DNA of 60,874 nucleotides, filler included, from Nitrospinae bacterium RIFCSPLOWO2_12_FULL_45_22 (GCA_001803565.1; 5 parts of 5 records of this genome joined end to end with filler, not necessarily neighbours in it), one strand, 5' to 3'; positions 18,838 to 28,326 are shown, counted from the first letter of the whole stretch. Numbers and translations: made by a program. Notes: generated by a model from the sequence alone, not told the origin.

Positions 18838-19753
18838 AGAACCGGACCTGTCTATCAATCTAGCTGGGATCAACCTCAAAAACCCGGTGATGACCGCCTC
18901 GGGCACCTTTGGCTACGGAGAGGAGTATGAACCCTATCTAGATTTGAATCGGCTCGGGGCTATAGTCGTGAAGGGCCTTTCTTTAAACCCTTCCCCAGGG
19001 AATCCTCCACCCCGCATGGTAGAGACGCCAGCCGGCATGTTAAACGCTATTGGTTTGCAGAATATCGGGGTAGAGGCTTTTATCCAGGAAAAGATTCCCC
19101 GATTAAAGCAGTTCCAGACCCCTATAATAGTGAATTTCCTGGGTAGCAGTGTAAGGGAATATTGCGATGTAGCAGAAAGGCTCAGTGTAGCCGAGGGGGT
19201 TGCTGGTCTGGAAGTGAACCTCTCCTGCCCCAATATCAAGAAAGGTGGTCTGGCCTTTGGGGTTGACCCAGAAGCTACTTATAGCTTGATCAAAGAAATA
19301 AAGCGGGCAACCTCGCTCCCTCTGCTGGTCAAGCTCTCCCCTAATATAACTGATATAACGGTGCCCGCCAGAGCGGCCGAGGATGGTGGGGCCGATGCCC
19401 TGACACTCATCAATACCGTCCTGGGTATGGCTATAGATATAGAGACCCGCCGGCCCAGGCTGGCCAATGTCACTGGCGGTCTATCAGGACCGGCTATTAA
19501 ACCTATTGCCCTGCGCATGGTCTACCAGGCTGCTCAAGCGGTTAAGATACCTATTATTGGGGTGGGTGGGATAATGACTGGAGAGGATGCCTTAGAGTTT
19601 ATTATTGCCGGGGCTAGTGCCGTACAAATTGGTACGGCCAATTTCTTGGACCCCACCGCTACTATAAGAATAATTGAGGAAATAGAAGCCTACTGCCGCC
19701 AACATAAAATCGCCTCTATCAAAGAGATAATCGCCACCCTAAAGGTTCAGTAA
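18824..19753 (+). CDS. pyrD: Dihydroorotate dehydrogenase (family 1B) catalytic subunit
   Basis: NPVMTASGTFGYG, NLSCPN, VKLSPN, GGLSGPAIKP; start reassigned to ATG 18824. Confidence 0.95.
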   Translation: MELNREPDLSINLAGINLKNPVMTASGTFGYGEEYEPYLDLNRLGAIVVKGLSLNPSPGNPPPRMVETPAGMLNAIGLQNIGVEAFIQEKIPRLKQFQTPIIVNFLGSSVREYCDVAERLSVAEGVAGLEVNLSCPNIKKGGLAFGVDPEATYSLIKEIKRATSLPLLVKLSPNITDITVPARAAEDGGADALTLINTVLGMAIDIETRRPRLANVTGGLSGPAIKPIALRMVYQAAQAVKIPIIGVGGIMTGEDALEFIIAGASAVQIGTANFLDPTATIRIIEEIEAYCRQHKIASIKEIIATLKVQ

Positions 19754-19798
19754 GCGTTCATCTCTGAGGGCCCAGAGCCCATGATTTCTTTGGTTCCT

Positions 19799-21472
19799 CT
19801 ATATGCCTTTGTTCCGCAATATCTGCACCGCTGTTGTAATCTCCACGGCTTGTGATTCAATAATAGCAATCAACTCATCTGGTGTCCTGCTATCTTCTCG
19901 ATTCTTTCGGTTAGGATTAACCGCCTTAAGATCGTAATTTTTCGCCTCAATCTCTTCTATCGGGACTCGCCAGGAACGCCAACTAGATTGCGGAATTTTG
20001 ATTGTGGATTGCGGACTGTCTTTATTCCGCATTCCAAATTCTGCATTCAACAATTGAAAGAACTCCTCAAATTGTTCTGCAGTTAAGGGCTGCTTTTTAG
20101 TTATATTGATATCGGATAAATCGTAATACCAGATTTCTTTCGTAGGCCCCCCTTTGTTAAAAAATAAGAGGTTAGTCTTGCTTGCTGCCCCGGCATTCAT
20201 GAAAACCTTTGGCGGAAGACTCACGATGAGCCATAGGTTGCATTCATTAAGGAGTTTACGCTTGGTCTGGACAAAGGCAGTCTCATTTGTGCGGAACAAG
20301 ACCCCTTCATCCATCACAATCCCGCATCTCCCACCCGGCTTGAGACTATCCATCACATGTTGCAGAAAAAGAACCTGCGTAGCGCTAGTCTTATAGGCGA
20401 AGCAAGTCTGGGCCTCTTTCCCCTCTTTACCGCCGAATGGAGGATTGGTAAGCACCACATCAAAAAGGGCTGGTGCGCTGGAGAAGAGCCCACCATAAAC
20501 CTCAAGCCCCGTCAGTGTGTTTCCATGCCAGATATGGGGTTCATCAATTTCCTGGAGCACGAGGTTTGCCAACGCAATCGGATAAACCAGGTTTTCCTTT
20601 TCTCGGCCATAAAAGGTGCTGGTTTTAAGAATTGCTATTTCTTCCCCTGTGTTTGCCTTCTGCCTCATGAGTTGATATGCTTGCGCTAAAAACCCCCCGG
20701 TTCCGCAACCCGGATCGTAGACTGTCTCTCCGACCTCTGGGTTAATTACCCTCACCATCACCCGGATAACCTCTCTTGGCGTAAAGAACTGTCCACCGTC
20801 ATTGTTTTTCTCCCCCATCTGCTGGAGCAATCCTTCATACACCTGTGAGAGGGTAAACATGTGGGTCTCATCAACCGTTACCGAATGCTGATTTCGGATT
20901 GTGGATTGCGGAATCTTAGATTGAGGAGTTTCTAATATATCCGCATTCCGCATTCCCAATTCCACATTCAAATTGTGGATTTTATCAAGGATATCCAGGA
21001 GGTTACGCTCAGTATCTATCCCGGTCTTTTCAATGGACGAAAAAACCTCACTAATGACTTTCTGCCGAGGAGTGGCTCCTGGTTTGCTTTTAAGGTCTCG
21101 TAGATAAGGTATAAGTTCCGCGTTTACAAAGGACATAAATGCCCCGAGCGTGCTGTTTTGAAGCTCTTTTCTTTTCAACCCTTGAACTTTTAAACCCTGC
21201 GACTCTTTAACTTTGTTTTGTGGCGGTGCGGCCCAGTCGCACCAGCGATATGGATATTCCAAAGACGGTCTAAAATCCGCGCCTACTGCCTTTGCCTGCT
21301 CTGCCTCTTTCTCTTCCCGCTCATCAAGGATACGAAGGAAGAGCATCCAGGTAAGTTCCGGCACATACTGAAGAGCCCCGGCCCGGCCGGAGCGCCGCAT
21401 AATATCGCAGATGCCTTTGATGTAGGCATTCAGCGATTGCGGGGTAGAAATTTTGCGGTTGTTTTTAGCCAT
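19799..21472 (-). CDS. hsdM: Type I R-M methyltransferase subunit with three repeat-derived in-frame insertions
   Basis: GQFFTPR, YDPGCGTGGF (motif I), TNPPF (motif IV); inserts at 19985-20047, 20881-20968 and 21172-21212. Confidence 0.93.
   Translation of the reverse strand: MAKNNRKISTPQSLNAYIKGICDIMRRSGRAGALQYVPELTWMLFLRILDEREEKEAEQAKAVGADFRPSLEYPYRWCDWAAPPQNKVKESQGLKVQGLKRKELQNSTLGAFMSFVNAELIPYLRDLKSKPGATPRQKVISEVFSSIEKTGIDTERNLLDILDKIHNLNVELGMRNADILETPQSKIPQSTIRNQHSVTVDETHMFTLSQVYEGLLQQMGEKNNDGGQFFTPREVIRVMVRVINPEVGETVYDPGCGTGGFLAQAYQLMRQKANTGEEIAILKTSTFYGREKENLVYPIALANLVLQEIDEPHIWHGNTLTGLEVYGGLFSSAPALFDVVLTNPPFGGKEGKEAQTCFAYKTSATQVLFLQHVMDSLKPGGRCGIVMDEGVLFRTNETAFVQTKRKLLNECNLWLIVSLPPKVFMNAGAASKTNLLFFNKGGPTKEIWYYDLSDINITKKQPLTAEQFEEFFQLLNAEFGMRNKDSPQSTIKIPQSSWRSWRVPIEEIEAKNYDLKAVNPNRKNREDSRTPDELIAIIESQAVEITTAVQILRNKGI
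19985..20047 (-). repeat. Heptamer palindrome inside hsdM
   Basis: AATGCAG AATTTGG AATGCGG AAT...TCCGCAA TCCACAA TCAAAAT TCCGCAA, translated as NAEFGMRNKDSPQSTIKIPQS. Confidence 0.85.
20881..20968 (-). repeat. Heptamer palindrome inside hsdM
   Basis: AATGTGG AATTGGG AATGCGG AATGCGG...TCCGCAA TCCACAA TCCGAAA TCAGCAT, translated as NVELGMRNADILETPQSKIPQSTIRNQHS. Confidence 0.88.
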
Positions 21473-21866
21473 TTAATTTCTCCTCGGGGAACATGGTCTT
21501 AATAAAACTCTTAGCCTCTTCCAAATCTTTCTCGATATCTTCACAGGTAAGCTCTAAATCTCCAAGAGGAGGATATCTATCAGCAAAATAATATCCTGTT
21601 ATACGTTCACATAATAGGTAGAAATTTTGAAGTTCAGAATTATATCGAATGGCTTCGTCCAGGAGAGCATCAAGTTCGTGGATCTTTTTAAGCTTCCAGC
21701 CGCACCGGAGAAGAAAGGCCTTAAGATACTTTTCCACACTCTGCTGGAGGAAAAAACCTGCCGCCTCTGGGTCCTGATGCTTTAAATTTCTTTTTGCTCG
21801 CTCCCAATCCTTACGAGCTATCTTTAACCAATCCTCCATATCCGAGTATTCATCAGATTTATTCAT
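21465..21866 (-). CDS. HEPN domain protein (MNT-HEPN pair)
   Basis: WLKIARKDW, FFLQQSVEKYLKAFL, KKIHELDAL, RYP. Confidence 0.88.
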   Translation of the reverse strand: MNKSDEYSDMEDWLKIARKDWERAKRNLKHQDPEAAGFFLQQSVEKYLKAFLLRCGWKLKKIHELDALLDEAIRYNSELQNFYLLCERITGYYFADRYPPLGDLELTCEDIEKDLEEAKSFIKTMFPEEKLNG

Positions 21867-22180
21867 AGTGTAATCCCTTCTTCTAATATATGACGAACAA
21901 ATTGATCCCCTTTTTTTCGCCTTTTTTCTACTTCGTCGGGAGTTAATACAATGGGGGACAGAGGAAGCCCGTTTCGCAAATCACGCATAAGACCTCTCAC
22001 CCTTGCCATCCTTTCAAAGAAGCGCTCATTAGTGGGTGCGATAATAAAAAGGTCTATATCGCTATCTTCCGTTTCCTCTCCTGTAGCATAAGACCCGTAG
22101 AGGATGACCTTCTCGGCATGATATTCTTTCTTCAATCTCTCACTTATCTTTCGCAGCCGTTCGTATATTTCCTGGTTCAT
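21863..22180 (-). CDS. Minimal nucleotidyltransferase (MNT)
   Basis: ILYGSYATGEETEDSDIDL (GS-x10-DxD); ATGA overlap with the HEPN gene. Confidence 0.9.
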   Translation of the reverse strand: MNQEIYERLRKISERLKKEYHAEKVILYGSYATGEETEDSDIDLFIIAPTNERFFERMARVRGLMRDLRNGLPLSPIVLTPDEVEKRRKKGDQFVRHILEEGITL

Positions 22181-22414
22181 ATCGTCACCTTCCTAATTTG
22201 GCCTTAGTATCGCCGATGCCCTTGATATATGCGCCAAATTGAGAAAATAGGGTCTGAGCAAGAATCTCATCTTATTGGTATCAAAGCTTATAAATTCTTT
22301 TTCCTTCTGGCAACTATCAATTATTATAAAGACCGCACGTCTTTCCCTCACATTTTCGTTTTATCAATATGAAAGCTCCGGTCATTTTAACTCCCAAGAA
22401 GAACTATATCATTG

Positions 22415-24256
22415 TCAAAAATAAAATTGATTCAGAATATTACTTTTGTCATTTTCTGGGAACATAATTGTGACAGACTGTCTTGCGCGGGTCACACCAA
22501 CATAAAATAGCTTCCTAAAATTTAGAGTATCCTTGAAACTCCTAGAGTCAACATAAGGTAAAATTATATGATCAAATTCTTTCCCCTTTGCCTGATGAAT
22601 CGTTAAGACATAAATTCCTCTTCTCAGTCTCTGTATGCGTGCAAACTGAAACTGGAGGAACTTACCCTCTATCAATTCAATTATTTCTGATGGAGACAGA
22701 TTGGGATGAACAGTGGCAATGCCTGCAAGGGATTCATAGAGATTAAAGATATCTCTATTGATTCTAAAAGCTCTTCTCAAGATATCGAGTTTTTTACTAA
22801 TCTCTCCGAGCAACGAGGAAATCGCATCTAATTTTGTCGCTAACAGATCATTTATATTCTCAATCAACAATGTGGTTTCTTCTTTTCTATAGCTCCCCTT
22901 GTCAATTGGGCCACCTATTTGGAGATAACTCTTCTCTATTTTATCCCACGGAACCGTATAATTACCATCGCACGATTCTGTTAAAATGGATCGATAAACA
23001 TAAAGAATTATTTTAAGCTTGTTAGACGTTACATCTCCAAGGGAAATTATTAGCCCTCTAAAGAAATTGTGTTGTTTATCTCCTTTGCTGATTTCTTTAC
23101 ACCCAATACCAAATTTTCTAAAGTGCCTGTTAATCTTATGTATATAATCATTCCGATAGAACAGAACTCCAATACTTGATAAAGGCTCCTGTCTTTGAAG
23201 TGATCGCACATATTTATCCAACAAATTAAAACAACCGACTGGAGCAGCTCTTCCTTGAGCATCGAAGGGTTGTAGTTTAAAGTCAGAGCAATTACGACAA
23301 TCTATCGAATTATTTTGCTCCTCTCGATAGTTAAATCGGAGATTTTCGAATATCCGTTTTAACTCAGGCTTATCTTTGAATCTATGCAAAGTGTTAAGGA
23401 ATTTGGGTTGTATGTTGTAAAAATCCTTTGCTTGCCGGAGACGATCTAATGCAGCACCTCGCCACTCATATATCTGCTGAAGCTCATCTGCAAAAAGCAG
23501 GAGATAACCGTTGCCCTTCAATCTCTTAACAATTTCAAACTGTAGATCCGATGAATCCTGAAACTCATCTACAATAATCACAGGATACTTCTCTTGATAA
23601 ATTTCTATTAGGACATTAGATTCGGAGATTATCCTATAAAAGTAATATCCAAAATCGTCAAAATATATTCGACCATTTCTGTTTTCGTTCAATATGAATT
23701 CCCTGATGGGATGAGTATATGCTTTCCACTTGTCAGGGAATTTTATTGGATAGTGAGGTGTCGGAAAAGCAGGGTTATAATACTCAAGCATATTTGATAA
23801 CTGCTCTAATTCCTGATTTCTCTGGTTCTCTCCTCTATGAAGAGCAGGTATTGATGAGTCTTTACGGATAAAAGACTCGAGGGCGTTATATCTTTCCTCA
23901 GGTGATATAATTTCCAAATTAAAAGGTAGTCCCAAATATGTCCTGAAAGCCCATACCTTTTGTCGGAAAAAGCTATGAAAATTTGTTATCTCAATTCTTT
24001 TCTGGGTTTCCTTTGACAATATACGATCAGCCTCTATCTGCAATTCGGCACGGGCATTTTTAGAAAAGGTTAAGAAGAGAGCCCTTTGGTGGGGTTTTAA
24101 TCGTTCCCCTTTATCAAGACCTTTCTCTATAATTGACTGAGCATATAGAACACCAGTTACTGTCTTTCCTGAACCAGGGGGAGCTTCTACAAGAATCACC
24201 TTATCTCTACAGTTGATAATACATTCTTGGTCAGGATCAGGATAGATAATAGACAT
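22415..24256 (-). CDS. gajB: UvrD-like SF1 helicase, Gabija GajB-like
   Basis: APPGSGKT, LTFSKNAR, VDEFQD, QQIYEWRGA, LTIHQAKGKEFD, FYVGVTRAR; overlaps the upstream OLD nuclease gene. Confidence 0.75.
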   Translation of the reverse strand: MSIIYPDPDQECIINCRDKVILVEAPPGSGKTVTGVLYAQSIIEKGLDKGERLKPHQRALFLTFSKNARAELQIEADRILSKETQKRIEITNFHSFFRQKVWAFRTYLGLPFNLEIISPEERYNALESFIRKDSSIPALHRGENQRNQELEQLSNMLEYYNPAFPTPHYPIKFPDKWKAYTHPIREFILNENRNGRIYFDDFGYYFYRIISESNVLIEIYQEKYPVIIVDEFQDSSDLQFEIVKRLKGNGYLLLFADELQQIYEWRGAALDRLRQAKDFYNIQPKFLNTLHRFKDKPELKRIFENLRFNYREEQNNSIDCRNCSDFKLQPFDAQGRAAPVGCFNLLDKYVRSLQRQEPLSSIGVLFYRNDYIHKINRHFRKFGIGCKEISKGDKQHNFFRGLIISLGDVTSNKLKIILYVYRSILTESCDGNYTVPWDKIEKSYLQIGGPIDKGSYRKEETTLLIENINDLLATKLDAISSLLGEISKKLDILRRAFRINRDIFNLYESLAGIATVHPNLSPSEIIELIEGKFLQFQFARIQRLRRGIYVLTIHQAKGKEFDHIILPYVDSRSFKDTLNFRKLFYVGVTRARQSVTIMFPENDKSNILNQFYF

Positions 24257-26126
24257 TGTCTTTAATCTTACCTGTAGCGAATCTTTGAATTATCCCAGCA
24301 AGTTTAACAAAGGTTTCAGGGATCCCCTCTTTATTATTTCTTATTGCCTCTGCAATTATTCTACTTTGTCTTACTGACTTGCAATCCATAGGTGCTTTCT
24401 TACCCGCAATTAGAAGATGTAAGAGTTTTCGTAATTGCATTTCATCAAACTTAGTTTTCATCTCCTTAACCCATTCCGGAAAGGATTCGGTTGATTTAAT
24501 TATATCTAAGTCTTCTGAACTAATAATGTTATCTTTGTCCACAAAATATTGATGGATATTCTTTCTTAGCTGGCTCCACGGTATATACTCCTCAACACAA
24601 TTTTTTATTCCTTCGATCAGTCCTGCAAGGCAGGCCTCTTTTGTAAGTAATTTGTCATAGGTATTCCTTTCTGAATCTTTAGGTAAAACGATAGTAAAAC
24701 TACTACTAGCTATGATTCTATTCAGTTCATCTCCTGATTTATCATTGTCCACAATAGAGATTACACTAAATTCAAGTCTTCTAAAGAAATTTGCGTACTT
24801 ATGAATATCCCCGTGTCCACCACAGTCTATAGACTCAACTCCCAGAGCTTCTAATCCTTCAAATAAGACATCTTCATTATCTGATTTTAGGGTTTTTCCC
24901 TCGAGGGCTCTAAAGAAAATGGGCAAACCTCCTCTTTCGGAAGGACCCTCTACAAGTAAAATATGTTTGGCGAAGAATGCTTGAAGCAATTGATTTCTTT
25001 CATATCTTTCAAAAAACTTTAGCTCTTCGGGAGAACATCTCTTTTCAATGGAGATTATCGAGTGTTCATCTGCTCCAGGTAGAACGATGTTGACAGAACC
25101 AAGGTCAAATGCAGATATGATGTCTGGTGAGTGAGAGGAGACAAATAATTGGAACCTCTTAGACTCGGGATTTTGAAGTCGTCTTGCAATGAGGCGTTGG
25201 TAATATGGTTCGAGGTTATGCTCTGGTTCCTCAAACGCTAATATTAAGTTTTGGCTTTTATCTTCGGATATAATTCTAAAAATTGTTGAAATCAGGACAG
25301 CATCTTGCATCCCAGAACCTTGCATTTCGATAGGAATTTCTGTATCCGTATCAACTCCTCGAAGCACTAAGTTTAAACTCTGCAATACCTTTCGTTCACT
25401 GAGATTTAAGATATTAAGTCGCATGGCTTCTACATTGTCCTCGATAAATTTAAGCCTTGCAATCTCAGACCTCAATTGCTCAAAGCTTCTTTTAAACTCA
25501 AGGTTTTCATCAAGTACAGGTTGTGATTCCTTCATCTTTTCAACTATTTGGGTAATACTGGAACTGAGATCGTGTTTCCCCAAGAGTTTTGAAAACATAG
25601 AGTTTTGATAAAATGCTAATTCATGCAATGGATCTCTATTAGAAGGGATATATAAAAACCCTATTTTCTCCTTCTCATCCCTACTCACTGTCCTCTTATT
25701 AGATTCTGGTTTAGGATAAAATATTGTAGGAGTAAAGGTACTATCACATTCTAATCTTATTCTTAGTACCAATTTATTGTTACCCTTAAATGCTTCTTCA
25801 AAATCTTCATAGGGCAGAAATCGCCCTTCAGGATCCATGACTTCAAGATGTTCATCAAAATGAGAAGCAATATCCTTTTCTTCTTCATCTATAGCGAATA
25901 TCAGTTCGATGACAATAGGTGTTTCAGTTTTTCTCTTGTGGAAATCAAACTCCGTAAATGACTCTCGGTACCAAGGAATATAAGGATTGAGACAGAAATC
26001 TAGTGCTTTGAAGATTGTTGTTTTACCAGAGTTATTACCCCCTATAATTAGATTAATATCATTAGGCCTATAATCTAATTTTTTGATCGAACGAAAATTT
26101 TCAATACTTATTCTGGCAATCTTCAT
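24237..26126 (-). CDS. gajA: OLD-family ATP-dependent nuclease (ABC ATPase + TOPRIM), Gabija GajA-like
   Basis: IENFRSI, GGNNSGKTT, QGSGMQ, FEEPEHNL, SSHSP; TOPRIM LVEGPSE and DND. Confidence 0.78.
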   Translation of the reverse strand: MKIARISIENFRSIKKLDYRPNDINLIIGGNNSGKTTIFKALDFCLNPYIPWYRESFTEFDFHKRKTETPIVIELIFAIDEEEKDIASHFDEHLEVMDPEGRFLPYEDFEEAFKGNNKLVLRIRLECDSTFTPTIFYPKPESNKRTVSRDEKEKIGFLYIPSNRDPLHELAFYQNSMFSKLLGKHDLSSSITQIVEKMKESQPVLDENLEFKRSFEQLRSEIARLKFIEDNVEAMRLNILNLSERKVLQSLNLVLRGVDTDTEIPIEMQGSGMQDAVLISTIFRIISEDKSQNLILAFEEPEHNLEPYYQRLIARRLQNPESKRFQLFVSSHSPDIISAFDLGSVNIVLPGADEHSIISIEKRCSPEELKFFERYERNQLLQAFFAKHILLVEGPSERGGLPIFFRALEGKTLKSDNEDVLFEGLEALGVESIDCGGHGDIHKYANFFRRLEFSVISIVDNDKSGDELNRIIASSSFTIVLPKDSERNTYDKLLTKEACLAGLIEGIKNCVEEYIPWSQLRKNIHQYFVDKDNIISSEDLDIIKSTESFPEWVKEMKTKFDEMQLRKLLHLLIAGKKAPMDCKSVRQSRIIAEAIRNNKEGIPETFVKLAGIIQRFATGKIKDNVYYLS

Positions 26127-26239
26127 CTTTATCTATTCCTTTTTGTTGCTTTTATTATAGAATTCTTGGGTATCCAACTATTGATGAGTTTCCTTTTGAA
26201 TTTCCATTGTCCTTGAGACTTTAAATGATGTAGAAATTA

Positions 26240-26570
26240 GGTAGAAATTAAGGACAGACACTATTTATTCATGCTTGGTTTCTTAGGCCTGTCTTTTAAC
26301 AAAGCATTTAACACTCTACCTACTTTTTTCCTAACTCGGAAAAAATATTGTTGTTCCCAATGTATAATAAAGAAAGGGACATGTCCCATATTATTATTTT
26401 TTTATAGGCATTTACACATTACTAGCCTTCCATCAAAATATAGTGCTTCTAGAAACATTTAAACATAAATTTTTGGGGGTAGAAGTCCTTTAGGCTAGTC
26501 AAGTACATAGGCCCATTTTTTTATATGTTTGAATTAGCAAATTAAATATAGGAAGTGTACCCCTACACCC
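26240..26570 (-). pseudogene. Possible decayed REP-associated tyrosine transposase (RAYT) 3' remnant with flanking motifs
   Basis: Minus-strand KKVGRVLNALLKDRPKK followed by AATAAATAGTGTCTGTCC; also GGGACATGTCCC. Resemblance only. Confidence 0.3.
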
Positions 26571-26604
26571 GTAATTAAGCCTCCCTTCTGTTCTGAATTA
26601 TTAA

Positions 26605-27870
26605 TCATAACTCACCTCTAAATGCCTTTCTTAAAATTGACTGCGGTAAGGCATTCAATGCGGATTGCTGATTTCGGATTGCGGATTGTAGATTTTCAAC
26701 TTGCACCATTTTTTCTTTGAGTTCATCAATAATATTTTTCTGGACTTCTATTGATGGTACAGGGATAACGTAATCTGATAAAAAACTATCAGGCACTCTC
26801 TGTTGGCCAACAGCACCAGTAAAATACGCTGTTGCCTCATTGAGAAAGTAGGGTTGTCGAATAAAACACCAAACCCATTCAGATAGAGCTTCATTGCTGG
26901 GTCTCAAGACATGAAATTCTGTTGTCCCAAAACCTATTCCGTCAATCAAATTTTTTCCAATAACATGTTTTCCATTTTGCATACATGGCGTAATTTTGGC
27001 AAAGAGAACATCGTTTTCTTCGAAGTAAGTATACCCCTTAGCAACCTTTGAATATGGCACAACTTCTGGTTTAGCAACTGTACCCGTTTTCTCATCCACT
27101 GCGGCCATTGGAATAAATGATGTTGGAGAATCAGAAGAGCGAGTGAAATTCTTAGGACGAGAAGAATTAATTTTGCATACTTCTCCAATCTTCTTTCTTT
27201 CCCACTTCTTTGCCGCTTCGCTTTCGAAGACCTCTTGTAGGTAGGCGGCGGGGAGGGCTTTGGCTGCCTCCAGTTGCTTTTCGCAAGCGGTTCGAGCGCG
27301 CCCCACCTCTTGCATCAGTTCCTGAAGCTTTGTGGTGATGCGCTTTTGTTCCTCTATTGGTGGTAAAGGGATAATGTAATTTAATAAAAAGCTATCGGGC
27401 ACTCTTTGCTGGCCAACAGCTCCTGTAAAATACGTAGTTGCTTCTTGTAGGAAATGAGGTTGTCGTATAAAGTAATAAATCCATTCAGGTAAAATTTCAT
27501 TATTGGATCGTAAAACATGAAATTCTGTCGTGCCAAAACCTATTCCATCAATTAAATTTCTTGCTATAACATGCTTGCCATTTTGCATGCATGGCGTAAT
27601 TTTGGCAAAAAGAACATTATTTTCCTCAAAATAAGTATAGCCTTTAGCAACCTTTGAATATGGGACAATTTCGGGTTCAGCAATAGTGCCTGTTTTTTCA
27701 TCAACTGCTGCCATTGGAACAAATGTAGTTGGTGCATCGTGAGAACGAATAAAATTCTTAGGCCGACGAGGATTTATCTCACATACCTGCCCCAACTTTA
27801 CTACTCTCCAATCTTCAGGGATTAAGCTGATTTCTGTTTGTTTGTATTTTATATGGTTAATTTTAGTCAT
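26605..27870 (-). CDS. hsdS: Type I R-M specificity subunit with two near-identical TRDs
   Basis: IPEDW, IPLPPIEEQKRI, SILRKAFRGEL; both TRDs carry FAKITPCMQNGK...GFGTTEFHVLR...GAVGQQRVP. Confidence 0.93.
   Translation of the reverse strand: MTKINHIKYKQTEISLIPEDWRVVKLGQVCEINPRRPKNFIRSHDAPTTFVPMAAVDEKTGTIAEPEIVPYSKVAKGYTYFEENNVLFAKITPCMQNGKHVIARNLIDGIGFGTTEFHVLRSNNEILPEWIYYFIRQPHFLQEATTYFTGAVGQQRVPDSFLLNYIIPLPPIEEQKRITTKLQELMQEVGRARTACEKQLEAAKALPAAYLQEVFESEAAKKWERKKIGEVCKINSSRPKNFTRSSDSPTSFIPMAAVDEKTGTVAKPEVVPYSKVAKGYTYFEENDVLFAKITPCMQNGKHVIGKNLIDGIGFGTTEFHVLRPSNEALSEWVWCFIRQPYFLNEATAYFTGAVGQQRVPDSFLSDYVIPVPSIEVQKNIIDELKEKMVQVENLQSAIRNQQSALNALPQSILRKAFRGEL
26657..26694 (-). repeat. Solo heptamer arm overprinted on the hsdS C-terminal helix
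   Basis: TCTACAA TCCGCAA TCCGAAA TCAGCAA TCCGCAT, translated as NLQSAIRNQQSAL. Confidence 0.8.
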
Positions 27871-27874
27871 TTGT

Positions 27875-28306
27875 TTAAGTTTTTTTAATATATTCTACCC
27901 ATCCAAAAGGCAATAAATCACATTTCCAGGGTAGTATTTCATATATACTTAAATGGTCTTTCGTTATTAGCTCTATTATTTTCCAAAAATATTCATCTAT
28001 TTGCCAAGGATAATGTCCTTTACTAATTCTTTCTTTCCAATGTCCTCGTGCTTCCTTTGGTAACATGGTCCACCAACAATCTACACTTATATGATACATC
28101 CGATAAACAATCCTCCACTTATCTAATTCTGGTTGCGGATCTTCATAGTCGCCAGATATTAAAGGATCATGATCTTTCAATCGATGTCTAATACCTGGCA
28201 TTTCTTGAGAATATTTATCCATTTGTGTATCTACTTTAACTTCTGGATAACCACACGCCCCAAAAGCCATTTTCCAAAGTTTCCTATGCAGTCTATTATT
28301 TGGCAT
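27875..28306 (-). CDS. Orphan Trp/His-rich protein in the defence island
   Basis: GGAGG RBS, AT-rich, no recognised family; RHRLKDHDP...YHISVD pattern. Confidence 0.7.
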   Translation of the reverse strand: MPNNRLHRKLWKMAFGACGYPEVKVDTQMDKYSQEMPGIRHRLKDHDPLISGDYEDPQPELDKWRIVYRMYHISVDCWWTMLPKEARGHWKERISKGHYPWQIDEYFWKIIELITKDHLSIYEILPWKCDLLPFGWVEYIKKT

Positions 28307-28326
28307 ATCCTCCCACTTTCCAATCC

